A stretch of DNA of 64,000 nucleotides from Bacteroidales bacterium (GTDB taxonomy: Bacteria; Bacteroidota; Bacteroidia; Bacteroidales; UBA1402): NCBI GenBank assembly GCA_045627385.1, contig JAZQNO010000028.1, forward strand, positions 41,400 to 105,399. The letters are read 5' to 3'. Below, in pieces: positions 35,808 to 46,349 of this stretch. Each line of letters starts with the position of its first letter. The stretch's first letter is position 1. The notes below the pieces were generated by a model. That model was not told where the DNA came from. It did no database searches and saw only the letters and a list, made by a program, of their open reading frames with translations. The position numbers and the translations under genes were made by a program.

Positions 35808-37346
35808 ATGAACGCATTTGATCAATTTGAAATCTGGTGGATCACCGGTGCACAGCTGCTGTACGGAGGTGATGCCGTCGTGTCTGTCGACGCCCACTCC
35901 AAAGAAATGGTGGCCGGTCTGAACGATTCGGGCAACATTCCCGTGAAGATTGTCTATAAAGGCACTGCCAACAGCAGCAAGGAAGTGGAAGCCGTGATGA
36001 AGGCTGCCAACAACGACGAAAAGTGTGTCGGCATCATCACCTGGATGCATACTTTCTCGCCCGCCAAGATGTGGATCCACGGTCTGCAGGCTCTCAAGAA
36101 ACCGCTGCTGCATTTCCATACCCAGTACAATGCCGAAATTCCTTGGAATACCATGGACATGGATTTCATGAACCTCAACCAGAGCGCTCACGGCGACCGC
36201 GAATTCGGTCATATCTGTGCCCATATGAGAATCGCCCGCAAGGTGGTTTCCGGCTATTGGAAAGACGAGAAGCCTCAGAAGCAGATAGCTGTCTGGGCCC
36301 GCGTATGTGCCGCATGGGCAGACGCTCAGGACATGCGGATCCTGCGTTTCGGCGACCAGATGAACAATGTGGCCGTTACCGACGGCGACAAGGTCGAGGC
36401 CGAAGTGCGCATGGGTTACCACGTGGACTATTATCCCGTCTCCTCTCTGATGGATTATTACAAGAAGGTCACGGAGTCTGAAACCGATGAACTGGTGGAA
36501 GAATACAAGAGGCTCTACACCATCAAGATAGACGAGTCTGGCGAAGAAGTGTACTGGCGGAAGGTACGCAATGCCGCCAAGGCGGAAATCGCTCTTCGCC
36601 GCGTGCTGAAGGACGAAGGCGCGAAGGGCTTCACGACCAATTTCGATGACTTGGGCGGTGCCGACATCGACGATCCGAATTTCCTCGGTTTCGACCAGAT
36701 TCCCGGCCTGGCCTCGCAGCGCCTGATGGCCGAAGGCTACGGTTTCGGTGCCGAGGGCGACTGGAAATCGGCCGCTCTGTACCGTACGGTCTGGTTCATG
36801 GCTCAGGGTCTGCCCACCGGCTGTTCATTCCTCGAAGACTACACGCTGCATTTCGACGGTGCCAAGAGTGCCATCCTGCAGAGCCATATGCTGGAAGTCT
36901 GCCCGCTGATTGCGGCCGACAAGCCTCGTCTGGAGGTCCATTTCCTCGGTATCGGCATCCGCAAGCAACAGACAGCCCGTCTGGTGTTCGATTCGAAAGT
37001 GGGCGACGGCGTCACCGCTACCGTGATCGATCTTGGAAATCGTTTCCGTCTCATTGTCAATGACGTACATTGCATCAAACCGAAAAAACTGCCGAAACTG
37101 CCCGTGGCCAACGCTCTTTGGATTCCGCAGCCGAATTTCGAAGTCGGCACCGAAGCCTGGATTTTGGCCGGCGGTACGCACCATTCCTGCTTCTCCTACG
37201 ACCTAAGTGCCGAATATTGGGAAGACTATGCCGAAATCGCCGGCATTGAAATGGTTCACATCAACGGCAATACCACCATTGGCGAGTTCAAGAAAGAGCT
37301 CCGCATGAACGAAGTGTATTATCTGTTGAACAAAGCATTGAAATGA
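35808..37346 (+). CDS. araA: L-arabinose isomerase
   Basis: Start set at the ATG at 35808 (MNAFDQFEIWWITGAQ). Motifs WMHTFSPAKMW and NLNQSAHGDRE are present. 512 aa. Confidence 0.93.
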   Translation: MNAFDQFEIWWITGAQLLYGGDAVVSVDAHSKEMVAGLNDSGNIPVKIVYKGTANSSKEVEAVMKAANNDEKCVGIITWMHTFSPAKMWIHGLQALKKPLLHFHTQYNAEIPWNTMDMDFMNLNQSAHGDREFGHICAHMRIARKVVSGYWKDEKPQKQIAVWARVCAAWADAQDMRILRFGDQMNNVAVTDGDKVEAEVRMGYHVDYYPVSSLMDYYKKVTESETDELVEEYKRLYTIKIDESGEEVYWRKVRNAAKAEIALRRVLKDEGAKGFTTNFDDLGGADIDDPNFLGFDQIPGLASQRLMAEGYGFGAEGDWKSAALYRTVWFMAQGLPTGCSFLEDYTLHFDGAKSAILQSHMLEVCPLIAADKPRLEVHFLGIGIRKQQTARLVFDSKVGDGVTATVIDLGNRFRLIVNDVHCIKPKKLPKLPVANALWIPQPNFEVGTEAWILAGGTHHSCFSYDLSAEYWEDYAEIAGIEMVHINGNTTIGEFKKELRMNEVYYLLNKALK

Positions 37347-38944
37347 GTATGGCAGATCCCAAATCTTGTATTCGGGCCGGTAAGGCCGTTCTGGGTATCG
37401 AATTCGGTTCGACCCGCATCAAGGCCATCCTCGTCGACGAGGCTTTCAATCCCATCGCTCAAGGCGAGCACGAGTGGGAGAACCGTCTGGTCGACGGTCT
37501 GTGGACCTACAGCATCGATGATGTCTGGACGGGGTTCCAAGACTGTTATGCCAATTTGCGCAAAGATGTGCAGAATAAGTACGATATTGAAATAGAGAAG
37601 CTTGCATCGATCGGCATCAGTGCTATGATGCACGGTTACATGGCTTTCGACAAGGCTGGAAACATCCTGGTCCCCTTCCGCACCTGGCGCAACACCAATA
37701 CGGCCCAGGCGGCTGCCGAACTCTCCAAACTGTTCAATTTCAACATTCCTCTCCGTTGGAGCATTTCGCATCTGTACCAGTGCATCCTCAACGGTGACGA
37801 GCATGTCGGCAAAATCGATTTCCTGACCACGCTGGCCGGTTATGTCCATTGGCAGCTGACCGGAAAGAAGGTGTTGGGTGTGGGCGACGCTTCGGGCATG
37901 ATTCCGGTCGATCCCGCCACCAAGACCTACAACGCCTCTATGGTAGAGAAGTTTGACAGACTGATCGCTCCCAAGGCTTATCCCTGGAAATTGCTGGATA
38001 TCCTGCCTCAGTCGCTGAATGCCGGTCAGAACGCCGGTTTCCTCACCGAAGAAGGCGCCCGCAAACTGGATCCTTCGGGACATCTCCAGGCTGGAATTCC
38101 GCTCTGTCCTCCCGAAGGCGACGCAGGCACCGGAATGATCGCCACCAACGCGGTCAGACCCCGCACGGGCAACGTGTCGGCCGGCACTTCGTCCTTCTCG
38201 ATGATCGTACTCGAACGCGACCTGTCCAAGCCCCACGAAATCATCGATATCGTCACCACTCCCGACGGAAGTCCGGTGGCTATGGTCCATTGCAACAACT
38301 GCACATCCGATATGAATGCCTGGGTGGGCATTCTGAAAGAATATCTGCAGCTGATTGATGTGAAGATGGATTCCAAGACCATTTTCCGCTATCTTTTCAA
38401 CGAAGCGGCCAAGGGTGATGCCGATTGCGGCGGCATTCTGGTCTACAACTATGTATCGGGCGAACCGGTGACCGGTTTCTCCGAGGGCCGTCCCCTGGTG
38501 CTCCGTTCCGCCAGCGACAAGTTCTCTTTGGCCAACTTCATGCGCAGCATCATTTACGCCACCATCGGCGTGCTGAAAATCGGCAACGACATCCTTTTCA
38601 AAGAGGAGAAGATCAAAGTGGACCGTATCACCGGCCATGGCGGACTCTTCACCGTCAAGGGTGTCGCCCAGGGCTTCCTGGCCGCTGCACTGAATTCGCC
38701 CATTTCCGTCATGGAAACGGCGGGAGAGGGCGGTGCCTGGGGCATTGCTCTGCTGGCTTCCTATCTGGTCTGCAATGCCAAGGGACTTTCCTTGCCCGAT
38801 TGGCTCGACTCGGCTGTGTTTGCCGGCAATACGGGTATGGAAGTGGCTCCCGATCCTGAAGTGGTGAAGGGCTTCAACGCCTATATCGAGGCTTATCAGG
38901 CCTGTCTGCCCGTCGAGGCGGCTGCCGTTGCCTGCAAGAAATGA
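37343..38944 (+). CDS. araB: FGGY-family kinase, probable L-ribulokinase
   Basis: The N-terminal ATPase motif LGIEFGSTRIKA is present. There is a 4-nt ATGA overlap with araA, and the operon position fits. Confidence 0.8.
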   Translation: MSMADPKSCIRAGKAVLGIEFGSTRIKAILVDEAFNPIAQGEHEWENRLVDGLWTYSIDDVWTGFQDCYANLRKDVQNKYDIEIEKLASIGISAMMHGYMAFDKAGNILVPFRTWRNTNTAQAAAELSKLFNFNIPLRWSISHLYQCILNGDEHVGKIDFLTTLAGYVHWQLTGKKVLGVGDASGMIPVDPATKTYNASMVEKFDRLIAPKAYPWKLLDILPQSLNAGQNAGFLTEEGARKLDPSGHLQAGIPLCPPEGDAGTGMIATNAVRPRTGNVSAGTSSFSMIVLERDLSKPHEIIDIVTTPDGSPVAMVHCNNCTSDMNAWVGILKEYLQLIDVKMDSKTIFRYLFNEAAKGDADCGGILVYNYVSGEPVTGFSEGRPLVLRSASDKFSLANFMRSIIYATIGVLKIGNDILFKEEKIKVDRITGHGGLFTVKGVAQGFLAAALNSPISVMETAGEGGAWGIALLASYLVCNAKGLSLPDWLDSAVFAGNTGMEVAPDPEVVKGFNAYIEAYQACLPVEAAAVACKK

Positions 38945-40929
38945 AGAAAATCCTATTCATAAGTCTGATGATGTCGTGTGTCCTGCCCGTAAAGGCAGGA
39001 CACACGGTCGTTTCGCCAGACGGCCTGCTGTCCGTGACCGTTTCCGACGAAGGCGGAAAGGCTTCCTATTCGGTGAGTTACGATGGCCATCCGGTGCTGG
39101 AACCCTCGGCCCTCGGCATTGAGACCGACCTCCATCATTTCTGTCAGGGACTCAAGCTGAGCGATTTCCGCACGGATACCGTCACAGACGACTACACGCT
39201 CGACCGCATCAAAACATCCCGTGTCCATTACGAAGCCCGGCGTTCAATCGCCACCTTTTCGACAGGCGAGGGCAGGAGCGAGGCTTCTTTCGGTGTGGAA
39301 TTCCAAGTGAGCGACCACAATGTCGCTTTCCGATACATTCTTCCCGAAGAGCGCGACCGGCGCTGTTCGGTGGTGCGTTCGGAGGAGACCTCCTTTCATT
39401 TTCCTGTCGCGGCGACGGCCTTTCTGACACCGCAGAGCCATGCCATGATCGGTTGGAAACGTTCCAAACCGTCTTATGAAGAGGAATACACGGTGGACCG
39501 GCCGGTAGGGAGCGCTTCCCAATACGGACACGGATTCACTTTTCCGGGCCTTTTCCGAGTGCCTGTGGACGCTAACAAGGGAAAGACCTCCGACAGCGAC
39601 ATTTGGGTGCTGGTCTCCGAAACCGGTGTGGACGGCCGTTTCTGCGGCAGCCGCCTGGACGAGCCCACGCCCGACGGCATTTATCGCATCGCCTATCCGA
39701 TGATGGAGGAAAACAACGGATTCGGCAGCACGGGCGCTCAGGTCACTCTGCCATGCCTGACTCCATGGCGCACGCTCACGGTCGGCGGTCTCAAGGATGT
39801 GGTGGAAACGACCGTTCCTTTCGATCTGGTCAGACCGCTGTACGAACCATCTGCGGACTATCGTTACGGCCGTTCCACCTGGAGCTGGATGGTCTGGGAC
39901 GATGCCAGCATCAACGAGAAAGACCTGAAAGCCTTCATCGACCTGGCGTCGGAAATGTCTTGGGAATACACCCTGATCGATGCCGGATGGGACCGCAATC
40001 TGGGTCGTGAAAAGATGGCCGAACTGGTCCGCTATGCCCGCGAGCGAAAGGTGGAAGTGTTTCTATGGTACAATTCCAGCGGCGCCTGGAACGACACAAG
40101 CCAGAGCCCCGTGGACCTCATGGGCGATCCGATTTCCCGCAAACGGGAAATGAAATGGATGCAGTCCTTGGGGGTGAAAGGCATCAAAGTGGATTTCTGG
40201 GGCGGCGACAAGCAGGAAACCATGCGCCTGTACGAGCAGGTGCTCAGCGATGCCGATGACCACGGACTTATGGTGATTTTCCACGGTTGCACTTTGCCGA
40301 GAGGCTGGGAGAGGATGTACCCCAATTATGTGGGAAGCGAGGCTGTTCTGGCTTCGGAAAACCTGAAGTTCAGCCAGCATGCCGACGACATGGAGGCCTT
40401 CAATGCCTGTCTGCATCCTTTCATACGCAATTCGGTCGGATGCATGGAATTCGGGGGTAGCGCCCTCAACCGTTTTTACAGCCGCGACAACCGGAGAGGC
40501 AACCGCCGTGTCACAGGTGATGCATTCGAACTGGCATGCGCGGTGCTTTTCCAAAACCCCATCCAAAATTTCGCCCTCACTCCGAACAATCTGCAGGATG
40601 CGCCCTCCGAGGCCATAGATTTCATGAGAAATGTCCCGACAGTCTGGGATGAAATCCGTTTCATCGACGGCTATCCCGGCCGTTATGTCGTGCTGGCCCG
40701 GCGCAGCGGCGACATCTGGTATCTGGCCGCTGTCAACGCCTGCCAGGAAACCTTGAAGCTCGACATTGACCTTTCCTTCATAAAAGATAGCGCTCCGACG
40801 CTTTACCTTGACGGAAATAATCTTAACTTTGCAGTCTCAAAACTGAAGCCCGACCGCAAGAGGCATGTGCGCCTCGAAATTCCCGGCAAGGGGGGAGCGG
40901 TCATCGTAGGCGAAAATAATGATAAATAA
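38941..40929 (+). CDS. Secreted glycoside hydrolase, GH97-like
   Basis: Signal peptide. The N-terminus VVSPDGLLSVTVSDEGGKASYSVSYDGHPVL and the core EYTLIDAGW...GVKGIKVDFWGGDKQ...VIFHGCTLPRGWERMYPN resemble GH97 (SusB-type) enzymes. Substrate unknown. Confidence 0.6.
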   Translation: MKKILFISLMMSCVLPVKAGHTVVSPDGLLSVTVSDEGGKASYSVSYDGHPVLEPSALGIETDLHHFCQGLKLSDFRTDTVTDDYTLDRIKTSRVHYEARRSIATFSTGEGRSEASFGVEFQVSDHNVAFRYILPEERDRRCSVVRSEETSFHFPVAATAFLTPQSHAMIGWKRSKPSYEEEYTVDRPVGSASQYGHGFTFPGLFRVPVDANKGKTSDSDIWVLVSETGVDGRFCGSRLDEPTPDGIYRIAYPMMEENNGFGSTGAQVTLPCLTPWRTLTVGGLKDVVETTVPFDLVRPLYEPSADYRYGRSTWSWMVWDDASINEKDLKAFIDLASEMSWEYTLIDAGWDRNLGREKMAELVRYARERKVEVFLWYNSSGAWNDTSQSPVDLMGDPISRKREMKWMQSLGVKGIKVDFWGGDKQETMRLYEQVLSDADDHGLMVIFHGCTLPRGWERMYPNYVGSEAVLASENLKFSQHADDMEAFNACLHPFIRNSVGCMEFGGSALNRFYSRDNRRGNRRVTGDAFELACAVLFQNPIQNFALTPNNLQDAPSEAIDFMRNVPTVWDEIRFIDGYPGRYVVLARRSGDIWYLAAVNACQETLKLDIDLSFIKDSAPTLYLDGNNLNFAVSKLKPDRKRHVRLEIPGKGGAVIVGENNDK

Positions 40930-40956
40930 CATCAATAATCTAACAATCAGGTTTTT

Positions 40957-42978
40957 ATGAACGACGTAAAAGTAATGAACCGCGCAGCCGACAACATCCG
41001 TATCCTGGCTGCCTCTATGGTTGAAAAAGCCAAGTCCGGTCACCCCGGCGGTGCCATGGGTGGTGCCGATTTCATCAATGTCCTCTATTCTGAGTATCTG
41101 AAGTACGATCCCGAAAATCCGGCTTGGATGGGTCGCGACCGCTTTTTCCTGGATCCCGGTCATATGGCTCCCATGCTCTATGCACAGCTGACTCTCATCG
41201 ATAAGTTCACGACTGACGAACTGCAGGTTCTCCGCCAGTGGGGCGCTCCCACCGCCGGCCATCCCGAGCGCAATATCGCCCGCGGTATCGAAAACACCTC
41301 AGGTCCTCTGGGTCAGGGTCACTGCTACGCTGTCGGTGCCGCCATCGCCGCCAAGTTCCTGGCTGCCCGTACCGGCAATCCCACTTTTGCCAAGGAAACC
41401 GTCTACGCCTACATCTCCGACGGTGGCGTGGAAGAGGAAATCTCGCAGGGCGCCGGTCGTCTGGCCGGTCACCTCGGATTGGACAACCTCATCATGTTCT
41501 ACGACTCCAACGACATCCAGCTTTCGACCGAATGTGCCGAAGTCACCAGCGAAAACACCGCTATGAAGTACAAGGCATGGGGTTGGAACGTCATTGAAAT
41601 CAACGGCAACGACTGCAAGCAGATCCGCAAGGCTCTCGACGCCGCCAAGAAGGAAAGCAAACGCCCGACCCTCATCATCGGCAAGTGCATCATGGGTAAG
41701 GGTGCCCGCAAGGAAGACAACAGCTCCTACGAGCGCAACTGCAAGACCCACGGCGCTCCTCTCGGTGGCGACGCCTATCGCAATACCGTCGTCAATCTGG
41801 GTGGCGATCCCGACAACGCATTCGTCGTATTCGACGATGTCAAGGCTCTGTATGCCGCCCGCAAGGCCGAACTCGAGAACATCTGCGCCGAGCGTTATGC
41901 CGAAGAGCAGGCTTGGGCAAAGGCCAATGCCGAACAGGCTGCACAGCTGGCAGACTGGTTCGAAGGCAAGGCTCCGAAGGTGGATTGGACGGCTGTCCAG
42001 CAGAAGGCCAACGATTCGACCCGTGGCGCTTCCGCCACCGTTCTGAGCGTTCTGGCTCAGCAGGTTCCCAACATGATCTGCGCCAGCGCCGACCTTTCCA
42101 ACTCGGACAAGACCGATGGTTTCCTCAAAAAGACCCACGCTTTCGTCAAGGGCGATTTCAGCGGTGCCTTCTTCCAGGCCGGTGTGGCCGAACTGACGAT
42201 GGCCTGCTGCTGCATCGGTATGGCTCTGCACGGCGGTGTCATTCCCGCTTGCGGTACCTTCTTCGTATTCAGCGATTATATGAAGCCTGCCGTCCGTATG
42301 GCCGCTCTGATGGAACTCCCCGTCAAGTTCATCTGGACTCACGATGCCTTCCGTGTCGGTGAAGACGGTCCTACCCACGAGCCCGTGGAGCAGGAAGCTC
42401 AGATCCGTCTGATGGAAAAACTCAAAAACCACAGCGGAAAGAACTCCATGCTGGTTCTCCGTCCCGCCGACGCCGAAGAAACGACCGTCTGCTGGAAACT
42501 GGCCATGGAAAACGTCAGCACTCCGACCGCTCTGCTCTTCTCCCGTCAGAACATCACTCTCTTGCCCGCCGGCACGGATTACGAGCAGGCAGCCAAGGGT
42601 GGTTACATCGTAGCCGGCGCTGACGAGAATCCCGATGTCATCCTGGTGGCTACCGGTTCCGAAGTATCCACACTTGTGGCTGGTACCGAACTGCTTCGTG
42701 CCGACGGCATCAAGGTTCGCGTGGTCAATGTTCCTTCCGAAGGTCTGTTCCGCAGCCAAAGCGAAGACTACCAGCAGGCTGTCCTGCCTTGTGGCGTGAA
42801 GAAATTCGGCATGACCGCCGGTCTGCCTGTCAATCTGCTCGGCCTGGTCGGCAGCGAAGGCAAGATCTGGGGCCTGGAAAGCTTCGGCTTCTCCGCTCCT
42901 TACAAGGTGCTCGACGAAAAGCTCGGTTTCAACGGACAGAACGTTTACGAGCAGGTCAAGGCCTTCCTGGGCAAATAA
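40957..42978 (+). CDS. tkt: Transketolase
   Basis: Motifs [11 protein letters not shown] and [20 protein letters not shown] are present. 673 aa. Confidence 0.95.
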   Translation: MNDVKVMNRAADNIRILAASMVEKAKSGHPGGAMGGADFINVLYSEYLKYDPENPAWMGRDRFFLDPGHMAPMLYAQLTLIDKFTTDELQVLRQWGAPTAGHPERNIARGIENTSGPLGQGHCYAVGAAIAAKFLAARTGNPTFAKETVYAYISDGGVEEEISQGAGRLAGHLGLDNLIMFYDSNDIQLSTECAEVTSENTAMKYKAWGWNVIEINGNDCKQIRKALDAAKKESKRPTLIIGKCIMGKGARKEDNSSYERNCKTHGAPLGGDAYRNTVVNLGGDPDNAFVVFDDVKALYAARKAELENICAERYAEEQAWAKANAEQAAQLADWFEGKAPKVDWTAVQQKANDSTRGASATVLSVLAQQVPNMICASADLSNSDKTDGFLKKTHAFVKGDFSGAFFQAGVAELTMACCCIGMALHGGVIPACGTFFVFSDYMKPAVRMAALMELPVKFIWTHDAFRVGEDGPTHEPVEQEAQIRLMEKLKNHSGKNSMLVLRPADAEETTVCWKLAMENVSTPTALLFSRQNITLLPAGTDYEQAAKGGYIVAGADENPDVILVATGSEVSTLVAGTELLRADGIKVRVVNVPSEGLFRSQSEDYQQAVLPCGVKKFGMTAGLPVNLLGLVGSEGKIWGLESFGFSAPYKVLDEKLGFNGQNVYEQVKAFLGK

Positions 42979-43003
42979 TCAATCCATTGATTCGAACAAC
43001 CGG

Positions 43004-43034
43004 CAGCCCCTGTCCTGAAATAGGGCAGGGGCTG
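43004..43034 (+). terminator. Terminator hairpin after tkt
   Basis: 13-bp stem CAGCCCCTGTCCT / AGGGCAGGGGCTG with one G-T pair and loop GAAAT, followed by a weak T-run (TCTT). Confidence 0.6.
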
Positions 43035-43053
43035 TCTTGACAGATATCCAGAA

Positions 43054-43965
43054 ATGATCAAATATGCCATCGTCGGTACCGGCGGATTGGGCGGCTATTA
43101 TGGCGGTCGTCTGGCCGACAGCGGTCAGGAAGTGTATTTCCTGCTGCACAAGGATTATCAGGAAGTCTCGCGGCGACAGACGCTCATCGTGGACTCCGTC
43201 AAAGGGGATTTTGTCCTGCAGTCTCCCCACATTTACCGCGACAGCAAGGAAATGCCCGTGTGCGATGTGGTGCTGGTGTGCATGAAGACCTGCAACAATC
43301 ATCTCCTTCCCGAAATCCTGTCGCCCATCGTTCATCCCGGATCGGTGGTGGTGTTGGTGCAGAACGGCCTGCGTCTGGAGGAAGAACTGGCCGAAAAGAT
43401 GCCGCATCAGGCGCTGGCGGGAGCGACAGCTTTCATCTGTTCCTACAGGGTGGGAGCGGGCCATATCCGTCACGATGCCTATGGCGAACTGAATCTAGCG
43501 CCTTTCCGCGATTGTCCGCAAGACGTGCTGCATCAGGTATGCGCCGATTTGGAAGCGGCCGGCGTGCCGACCCATTTCGAACCCGACCTGCACGCACTGC
43601 GTTGGAAAAAACTGGTTTGGAACATTCCCTACAACGGGCTTACGGTCATTCTCAATGCCAAAACCGACCGTCTGACTTTCGAACCTGCCGCCCGCGACCT
43701 GGTGTGCCGGCTGATGCGGGAAGTGGTGGAAGCGGCTGCTGCCTCGGGTGTGCAGATTCCCTCCGACTATATCGGAAAGATGTTGGATCTCACCGAAAAG
43801 ATGACTCCCTATTGGCCCAGCATGCGGCTCGATTATGACGCCCGGCGGCCGATGGAGGTGCGCACGATGTACAGCAATCCCATTCAGGAAGCCCGGGAAA
43901 ACGGTTATGAGATGAAAATGACCGAAGTAATGGAAAAGCAATTGCTGTTTTTGGGAAATTATTGA
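43054..43965 (+). CDS. panE: 2-dehydropantoate 2-reductase (ApbA/PanE family)
   Basis: The Rossmann N-terminus IVGTGGLGGYYGGRL and the motif RWKKLVWN are present. Confidence 0.8.
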   Translation: MIKYAIVGTGGLGGYYGGRLADSGQEVYFLLHKDYQEVSRRQTLIVDSVKGDFVLQSPHIYRDSKEMPVCDVVLVCMKTCNNHLLPEILSPIVHPGSVVVLVQNGLRLEEELAEKMPHQALAGATAFICSYRVGAGHIRHDAYGELNLAPFRDCPQDVLHQVCADLEAAGVPTHFEPDLHALRWKKLVWNIPYNGLTVILNAKTDRLTFEPAARDLVCRLMREVVEAAAASGVQIPSDYIGKMLDLTEKMTPYWPSMRLDYDARRPMEVRTMYSNPIQEARENGYEMKMTEVMEKQLLFLGNY

Positions 43966-43995
43966 TATCTTGCAAGCGTTTTCAAACGCCAAAAA

Positions 43996-44196
43996 ATGAC
44001 CGATATGTTTCTGCTATTAGGATTAGGTACTCAAGAACTGATTCTCATCGCGTTGGTTTTCGTGCTTCTCTTCGGTGCGGCCAAACTGCCCGATCTGATG
44101 AAGAATCTGGGAAAAGGGATCAAGAGTTTCAAGAACGAGCTCAACTCTACGGAGGACAAGAAAAAAGACGACGAGCCGCAGCAGCCGGCCGAGTGA
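43996..44196 (+). CDS. tatA: Twin-arginine translocase subunit TatA/E
   Basis: 66 aa with one TM helix, then FGAAKLPDLMKNLGKGIKSFK and an acidic tail. Confidence 0.9.
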   Translation: MTDMFLLLGLGTQELILIALVFVLLFGAAKLPDLMKNLGKGIKSFKNELNSTEDKKKDDEPQQPAE

Positions 44197-44214
44197 GGAC
44201 GCTAGCCACTGAGA

Positions 44215-45012
44215 ATGTCTCCTCAGAACATGACTTTTTGGGAGCACCTTGACGAACTCAGGCGAGTGGTGGTGCGTGTGCTTGTCGCTCTGCTGGCAGC
44301 GACGGTGGTCGCTTTCTGTTTCAAGGATTTCCTTTTTCAGATCATTCTGGGCCCGCAAAAGCCCGATTTCCTGCTTTACCGCTGCCTGAATGCGCTGGCC
44401 GGGCGTCTCGACCGTCCGGGACTTCAGATCGAGCCGCTCAGCGTGCAGCTCATCAGCACTCAGTTGAGTTCGCAGTTCGTTATCCATATGAAGACGGCTT
44501 TCGGTGCCGCAGCGGTGGTGCTGTCTCCCTACATCGTTTTCGAACTGTTCCGATTCGTTTCGCCGGCTCTTTATGCCGACGAAAAACGGTATGCCGTAAA
44601 GACCGTCCTTTGGTCGGGCCTGCTGTTCTGGATGGGCGTCCTGCTCGACTATTTCCTCATTTTCCCGGTCTCTTTCCGATTTCTGGCCGCTTATCAGGTG
44701 AGTGCCGACGTGGTCAATACCTTCACCCTGTCTTCCTATATGCAGACCTTTCTGGTGATGTCTTTTCTGATGGGTCTGCTGTTCGAACTGCCGGTGCTTG
44801 GCTGGCTGTTCGCCCGTTTGGGACTGATCGACGCCGCCTGGATGCGCCGTTACCGGCGTCACGCCATCATGGTAATCCTTATCGTGTCGGCCGTCATCAC
44901 GCCGACGGGAGACGTGTTCACGCTGAGCATCGTGTCGCTGCCCATCATCCTGCTGTACGAACTGACCATAGGGGTGGTCGGAAAATCTTATCGGCCCAGA
45001 AATGTCGCATAG
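44215..45012 (+). CDS. tatC: Twin-arginine translocase subunit TatC
   Basis: The N-terminal motif FWEHLDELR is present, with six TM segments. Confidence 0.9.
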   Translation: MSPQNMTFWEHLDELRRVVVRVLVALLAATVVAFCFKDFLFQIILGPQKPDFLLYRCLNALAGRLDRPGLQIEPLSVQLISTQLSSQFVIHMKTAFGAAAVVLSPYIVFELFRFVSPALYADEKRYAVKTVLWSGLLFWMGVLLDYFLIFPVSFRFLAAYQVSADVVNTFTLSSYMQTFLVMSFLMGLLFELPVLGWLFARLGLIDAAWMRRYRRHAIMVILIVSAVITPTGDVFTLSIVSLPIILLYELTIGVVGKSYRPRNVA

Positions 45013-45036
45013 CCTTGGCGGATGTCAAATTCTTTG

Positions 45037-45044
45037 TATCTTTG
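45037..45044 (+). promoter_or_regulatory. Candidate -7 box (TATCTTTG) for rpiB
   Basis: Matches TAnnTTTG 26 nt upstream of the ATG at 45070. Confidence 0.5.
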
Positions 45045-45069
45045 CCGTCGAAAACCTATATAGATTTTT

Positions 45070-45522
45070 ATGAATTCAGATGACAGTTCCCCGGTCGCGA
45101 TATGCAGTGACCATGCGGGCTTTGAATTGAAGGAAGCCGTCTGTGACTGGCTGACCGAGCAGAACATTCCATTTGTCAATTTCGGCACCTATTCGCCTGA
45201 CAGCTGTGACTATGCCGACTTCGCCCATCCGCTTGCCGAAGCGATTGAGAATGAAGAGTGCCGTTGCGGCATTGCCATTTGCGGCAGTGGAGAAGGGGTC
45301 AGCATGACCGTCAACAAACACCAGGACATCCGTGGCGCTCTCTGCTGGTGCGCAGACATCGCCCGTCTGTCACGCCAGCACAACGATGCCAACGTCTGCT
45401 GTCTGCCGGCCCGTTTTGTGAGCCGCGACCAGGCGATCGACATTATCCGGATATTTTTCGACACCGCTTTCGAAGGCGGTCGTCATCAGAAGAGAATCGA
45501 GAAGATTCCCGTCAGCGACTGA
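45070..45522 (+). CDS. rpiB: Ribose-5-phosphate isomerase B
   Basis: Motifs DHAGFELK and CGSGEGVSMTVNK are present. The 3' end overlaps convergent yggS by 11 nt. Confidence 0.92.
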   Translation: MNSDDSSPVAICSDHAGFELKEAVCDWLTEQNIPFVNFGTYSPDSCDYADFAHPLAEAIENEECRCGIAICGSGEGVSMTVNKHQDIRGALCWCADIARLSRQHNDANVCCLPARFVSRDQAIDIIRIFFDTAFEGGRHQKRIEKIPVSD

Positions 45523-46189
45523 TTTGGGGTCTCGGCCCGAAAATGGCTGTTCCGACACGCACCAGGGTGCTGCCTTGGGCTACGGCGATCGGATAATCTT
45601 CCGACATTCCCATAGACAACTCTGAAAAAGCTGCATCTTCGGCGAAGTATGCGGCTTTTGCCGTATCGAAGCATTTCCTGAGGGTCTTGAATTCCTGCTC
45701 GACTTGAGCGGAATCGTCGGTGAAGGTGGCCATTCCCATCAGCCCATGCAGATGCACGTGCGACAACTGTCGCCAGTGCCCGCCGGCCAGGTAGTCCAGG
45801 CATCCTTGCGGATCGAAGCCGAATTTGCTGGTCTCGCTGGCGATGTGCACTTCCAGCAGGCAGGGAACGGTCCGTCCGCAGCGGGCGGCTTCCGTATCTA
45901 TGGCTTCGAGCAGTTCGGGACTGTCGACCGAGTGGATGAGACTGACGAAGGGAACGATGTATTTGATTTTGTTTTTCTGAAGATGTCCGATGAAATGCCA
46001 TTCGATGTCGGCGGGAAGCGCTTCGTGTTTCATCTTCATCTCCTGGGCGCGGTTTTCGCCGAAAAGCCGTTGGCCGCAGTCGTAGGCTTCCTGCAGTTTT
46101 TCAACGGGTTGGAATTTGGAGACGGCTATGAGCCTGACCTGGGATGGAAGGCTCTGACGGATCTGCTGTATGCTGGAGGAGACGGACAT
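45512..46189 (-). CDS. yggS: YggS-family pyridoxal-phosphate homeostasis protein
   Basis: Start set at the ATG at 46189 (MSVSSSIQQIRQ). Motifs LIAVSKFQP, FGENRAQE, WHFIGHLQKNK and LSMGMSEDY are present. Confidence 0.88.
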   Translation of the reverse strand: MSVSSSIQQIRQSLPSQVRLIAVSKFQPVEKLQEAYDCGQRLFGENRAQEMKMKHEALPADIEWHFIGHLQKNKIKYIVPFVSLIHSVDSPELLEAIDTEAARCGRTVPCLLEVHIASETSKFGFDPQGCLDYLAGGHWRQLSHVHLHGLMGMATFTDDSAQVEQEFKTLRKCFDTAKAAYFAEDAAFSELSMGMSEDYPIAVAQGSTLVRVGTAIFGPRPQISR

Positions 46190-46214
46190 TTGGTTAAAAC
46201 CTTTGTAACAGGCG

Positions 46215-46222
46215 CAAATGTA
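46215..46222 (-). promoter_or_regulatory. Candidate -7 box (TACATTTG) for yggS
   Basis: Matches TAnnTTTG on the minus strand, 25 nt upstream of the ATG at 46189 and inside the longer track ORF. Confidence 0.5.
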
Positions 46223-46349
46223 AGAATTATTCCGTAATATTGCATCGGAGAAAGCCGGTATGACCGGCTTTGGCAGATAGTTAAATGTACTTAACGGATG
46301 AAACGAATCAGCCTGTTTCCGGTCTAAAAGAGTAGACAAACCCATTTAA

